A DNA stretch of 63,626 bases, the filler included, from Octopus bimaculoides (Eukaryota): the NCBI RefSeq assembly GCF_001194135.2. It is 9 parts of 7 records of this genome, joined end to end, with 100 filler letters (N's around TTAATTAATTAA, not from the genome) between each part and the next. Parts side by side here need not be neighbours in the genome. Positions count along the whole stretch, not along the records: positions 52,670 to 63,626 come from NC_068988.1; 8 more parts are not named here. One strand, given 5' to 3'. Of the stretch, positions 60,213 to 63,626 are shown in pieces. Positions within the stretch are counted from its first letter, which is position 1; each line of letters opens with the position of its first letter. Under the pieces are notes generated by a model. That model worked only from the letters and a program-made list of their open reading frames with translations, did no database searches and was not told the DNA's origin. Made by a program: the position numbers and the translations under genes.

Positions 60213-60952
60213 AAAACGTGCAACAGAAGTTATAAATACAAATGTAAGTGAATGCAGCAAAAGTTCATTTTATTGTTGCTCTTAATGTTTATCCCTTGGC
60301 CAGAGCTTTTCCATTAGACCTATGTTACAAAGATCTACATATGATTAAGGTAGTCATTTGTTCAGTATATCATATGAAGATCTATTCATCTTTTTATCTA
60401 TTGGTCGCCTTCTCTTTCGTACATACATACACACGCACATACATTTATAAACGTATATGTTAATGTCAAAAAAGTTTAAAATGTATTACATACAGGATAC
60501 ATTTATATTTTAAGAAAATTTCTGTTTCCAGAGAGCGTAAACCAATCACTTGCTGACAACTGGTAGCAGCATAATTTCCAAAAAGCAAATTCTACAAGTT
60601 TATTATGGCTTTTTGCAGATGGCCTTAATACTTTGACTATATGAAACAACCCCGAAGTCAAATAAATATACACATAAGTGGCCAGTTGCATGCATATGAA
60701 ACTCCGACGAATAAAATAGTAAACTAATTATTTGCTGACAATTAGTACAAACACCAAATGAGAGAGGAATCTATCTTAAGAATCAAGAACGCTATAAAAT
60801 CGAAATGTCATTCAGAATAATAATGTATGCTTGTGTAATGACAGCAGAATAGCCCTAGAGATATATTTATTTCTCAATAGGCATCATCGATGCAGCTGCT
60901 GTCCTAGCTAATCATCAGCTGACGAGACAATTGCAAATATACATACATATAT

Positions 60953-61009
<57 letters not shown>

Positions 61010-61453
61010 NNNNNNNNNNNNNNNNNNNNNNNNNNNNNNNNNNNNNNNNNNNNNNNNNNNNNNNNNNNNNNNNNNNNNNNNNNNNNNNNNNNNNNNNNNN
61101 NNNNNNNNNNNNNNNNNNNNNNNNNNNNNNNNNNNNNNNNNNNNNNNNNNNNNNNNNNNNNNNNNNNNNNNNNNNNNNNNNNNNNNNNNNNNNNNNNNNN
61201 NNNNNNNNNNNNNNNNNNNNNNNNNNNNNNNNNNNNNNNNNNNNNNNNNNNNNNNNNNNNNNNNNNNNNNNNNNNNNNNNNNNNNNNNNNNNNNNNNNNN
61301 NNNNNNNNNNNNNNNNNNNNNNNNNNNNNNNNNNNNNNNNNNNNNNNNNNNNNNNNNNNNNNNNNNNNNNNNNNNNNNNNNNNNNNNNNNNNNNNNNNNN
61401 NNNNNNNNNNNNNNNNNNNNNNNNNNNNNNNNNNNNNNNNNNNNNNNNNNNNN

Positions 61454-61493
<40 letters not shown>

Positions 61494-61713
61494 TACACAC
61501 ACACACACACACGCACATACACACACACACACACATATATATATATATGGTTCGTGTCACCCTAACAATCGATGTTCGCTACCGAAATTTTCGATATGAA
61601 TCAACCATAACAATCTGCTCCAAATATTTGTGAAAGTATTCGCGTAAGTGGAATCTGGCCCAGGCATCGTGTCGTATAAATTACAATAACGAAGTCAACT
61701 CAAATAGTGATAC

Positions 61714-61752
<39 letters not shown>

Positions 61753-62566
61753 TAAACACAAAGCTATACCAATATTCATGCGCATGCACATATACTTACA
61801 TATGAGCATGCGTGTGTGCCTCGACCTGTGTGTTTCTTTGAATATTTATGTAACCTGGCACTTAGAATTCGACAGTCTCGTCCTCATACCCACAAAAGCC
61901 CCTGACATTTTAAATTTGCATACAGTTGACTCAGCGACTGCCTCTGCAGCACTAGCATGTATAAGTTGCATTCTACCATATTTCTAATGTCGTATACCGA
62001 ATCTTTCCTTTGCATATCGCATCACCTACAATCTTCTATGCAAACAAGTGAAACACGTTGCCATCCACATCCACGCAACTGCCAGTAACCAGTACTCACT
62101 GCAATGTCTGACATCTCTACATGCAATGTATATGTATATTTAAGGAAGTGTAAGGAACAAAGTATCGTATGCAAACTCGGAATGTTACTGCATGTTACTG
62201 TTGGATTTAAACCAATGTTTCCTTCTACTTCTTGTCCATCTTTACTCATGTTGCTTTAAATTCCCTGTCAGTTGCAATCAGTTGCTCTGTTTTAGGCGAT
62301 GTGAGGTACTTCTGTTTTAGTAATTTATTTCCTTTCATCTCAGATTTGAACAATTGTTCTGATGTAAACGTCGGAAACTCCCTTCAGTATATACATACAA
62401 AAATATACCTGCATGCATATACACCAACATGCACACACATATAGTATGTATGTATTTATGTCCATATGTATGTACACATGTACGTGCATGTGTATGTATA
62501 CATATTGAAACACTTACCAGTTACTTTTCCCCATAAGTGCAGTCTCTTTGATTTCTTTTATATGTA

Positions 62567-62968
62567 CAGGGGTTGGACAAAATAATGGAAACACCTAGCA
62601 TCATAGCATCATAATTTTGAAATGTCTAAAACCGTCAAAAGCTTGTTTATTTTTATGTTGTTTTTTTATATTTATTATTTATTATTACTGTGGTTTAATA
62701 TGTTTTGCTACAATTGGTCTTTCTTTTCAGATATCATCAGAAAAAGGTAATTAAAATTCATTAAAATGACAGATCTATCGGACTTTCAAAGAGGTCAAAT
62801 TGTTTGGTGCTGAAATGGCAGGCGCTAGCGTAACGAAATCAACCAAAATGTTTCGTGTATCAAGAACTACTATCTCGAAACAACCTTCGATAGAGGATAA
62901 ACCCTCCGCGTCGAAACAAAAGTCCGGAAGAAAACCAATACTTTCAGATAGGGACCATCGCACTCTAT
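62567..62968 (+). mobile_element. Tc1-like element 5' end: TA + TIR + frameshifted transposase N-terminus
   Basis: TA|CAGGGGTTGGACAAAATAATGGAAACACC; MTDLSDFQRGQIV/GAEMAGASVTKSTKMFRVSRTTISK...SGRKPILSDRDHRTL. Confidence 0.9.
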
Positions 62969-63595
62969 CTGGCGTTGGGATACCGGCGTGAATCATCATG
63001 ATGCAGGTAATTCTTTTCTAATATTCAGATGGATTCCATTCCTCTATATCGGCTAACTTTTTTTCTCATCCACAACTTTAATATTTGTGCTTTCCACCGT
63101 TTACTGTTCACTGTCCATCAAGCTGTTCTTGAAAAACGGGAGACATACAAGTCATCAAATTTTAGCCTGAACACCATGTATATGCATTGAAGAAGACGTT
63201 TAAACAATGCAAATGTAAATTTAGGCAACATATGCAAGGAGATGCTCATAAATAAAAACAACACATGTACCACTCTACAGAAGTTTATTATATTTCAGAG
63301 AAACTCTCACTACATCTATTATACAATTTAAAATAACCCACTTTAGAGACAGTGCGGACTACCTACAATACCATTTTTTTCTTAATTATTGGACTATTTT
63401 CTCTAGTATACATGATGTGATGAAAGAAACGTTTCTGAAATATAATCAGAGTTTTAAACAATATGCGTACAGCAACGCAATATCTTGTGTTTTGCTTAAA
63501 TTCTCACCTGCATTGCTTCAAGGTCTTCTCGGAAATATATTTGTCTAAGGCAATGCTTGAAGCAAATTACATTACACGTACAAACATGCATACAT

Positions 63596-63626
<31 letters not shown>

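Noticed and set aside
2764-61599. Long ORFs in the supplied track (190-436 aa) and HT/CV/YI/poly-N/poly-A peptides
   Set aside because: They run through N gaps or microsatellites; no coding signal
62108-62249. Minus-strand start-exon candidate MSKDGQEVEGNIG...EMSDIA|GTGAGT, phase-compatible with the 49129 minus exon
   Set aside because: Only splice-signal coincidence; peptide unrecognised; cannot be supported without transcripts

Overview
AT-rich, gap-ridden eukaryotic genomic DNA with dense (CA)n/(TA)n/(TATG)n/(CAT)n/(TAA)n microsatellites. The repeat repertoire (tRNA-head SINEs with Meta-like, CORE-like and Nin/Deu-like cores; RTE, CR1 and R4-like LINE scraps; several Tc1/mariner families) fits a coleoid cephalopod, most likely Octopus. 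That taxon call is inference from remembered repeat families, not a search. No intact protein-coding gene can be recognised: nearly every listed ORF is microsatellite, N-gap or a decayed transposon fragment. Supported features are ~30 SINE copies or fragments, four recognisable Tc1/mariner remnants plus a smaller Tc1 scrap, RTE/CR1/R4-like/Gypsy/Penelope fragments and several fold-back elements. Best leads: (1) a 119-nt near-perfect hairpin at 48941-49059 bracketed by splice signals on both strands, where the + reading has one in-frame UAG inside the stem (candidate A-to-I stop recoding; the alternative is a repeat-derived palindrome); (2) two decayed hammerhead-ribozyme motifs; (3) a ~9-kb CpG-eroded domain that implies a methylated gene body; (4) an RTE with a twin-priming-like 5' inversion; (5) a maT transposon apparently split into two halves 21 kb apart. 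Two exact duplications around 10-N gaps and the TTAATTAATTAA inserts in 100-bp gaps are assembly artefacts.
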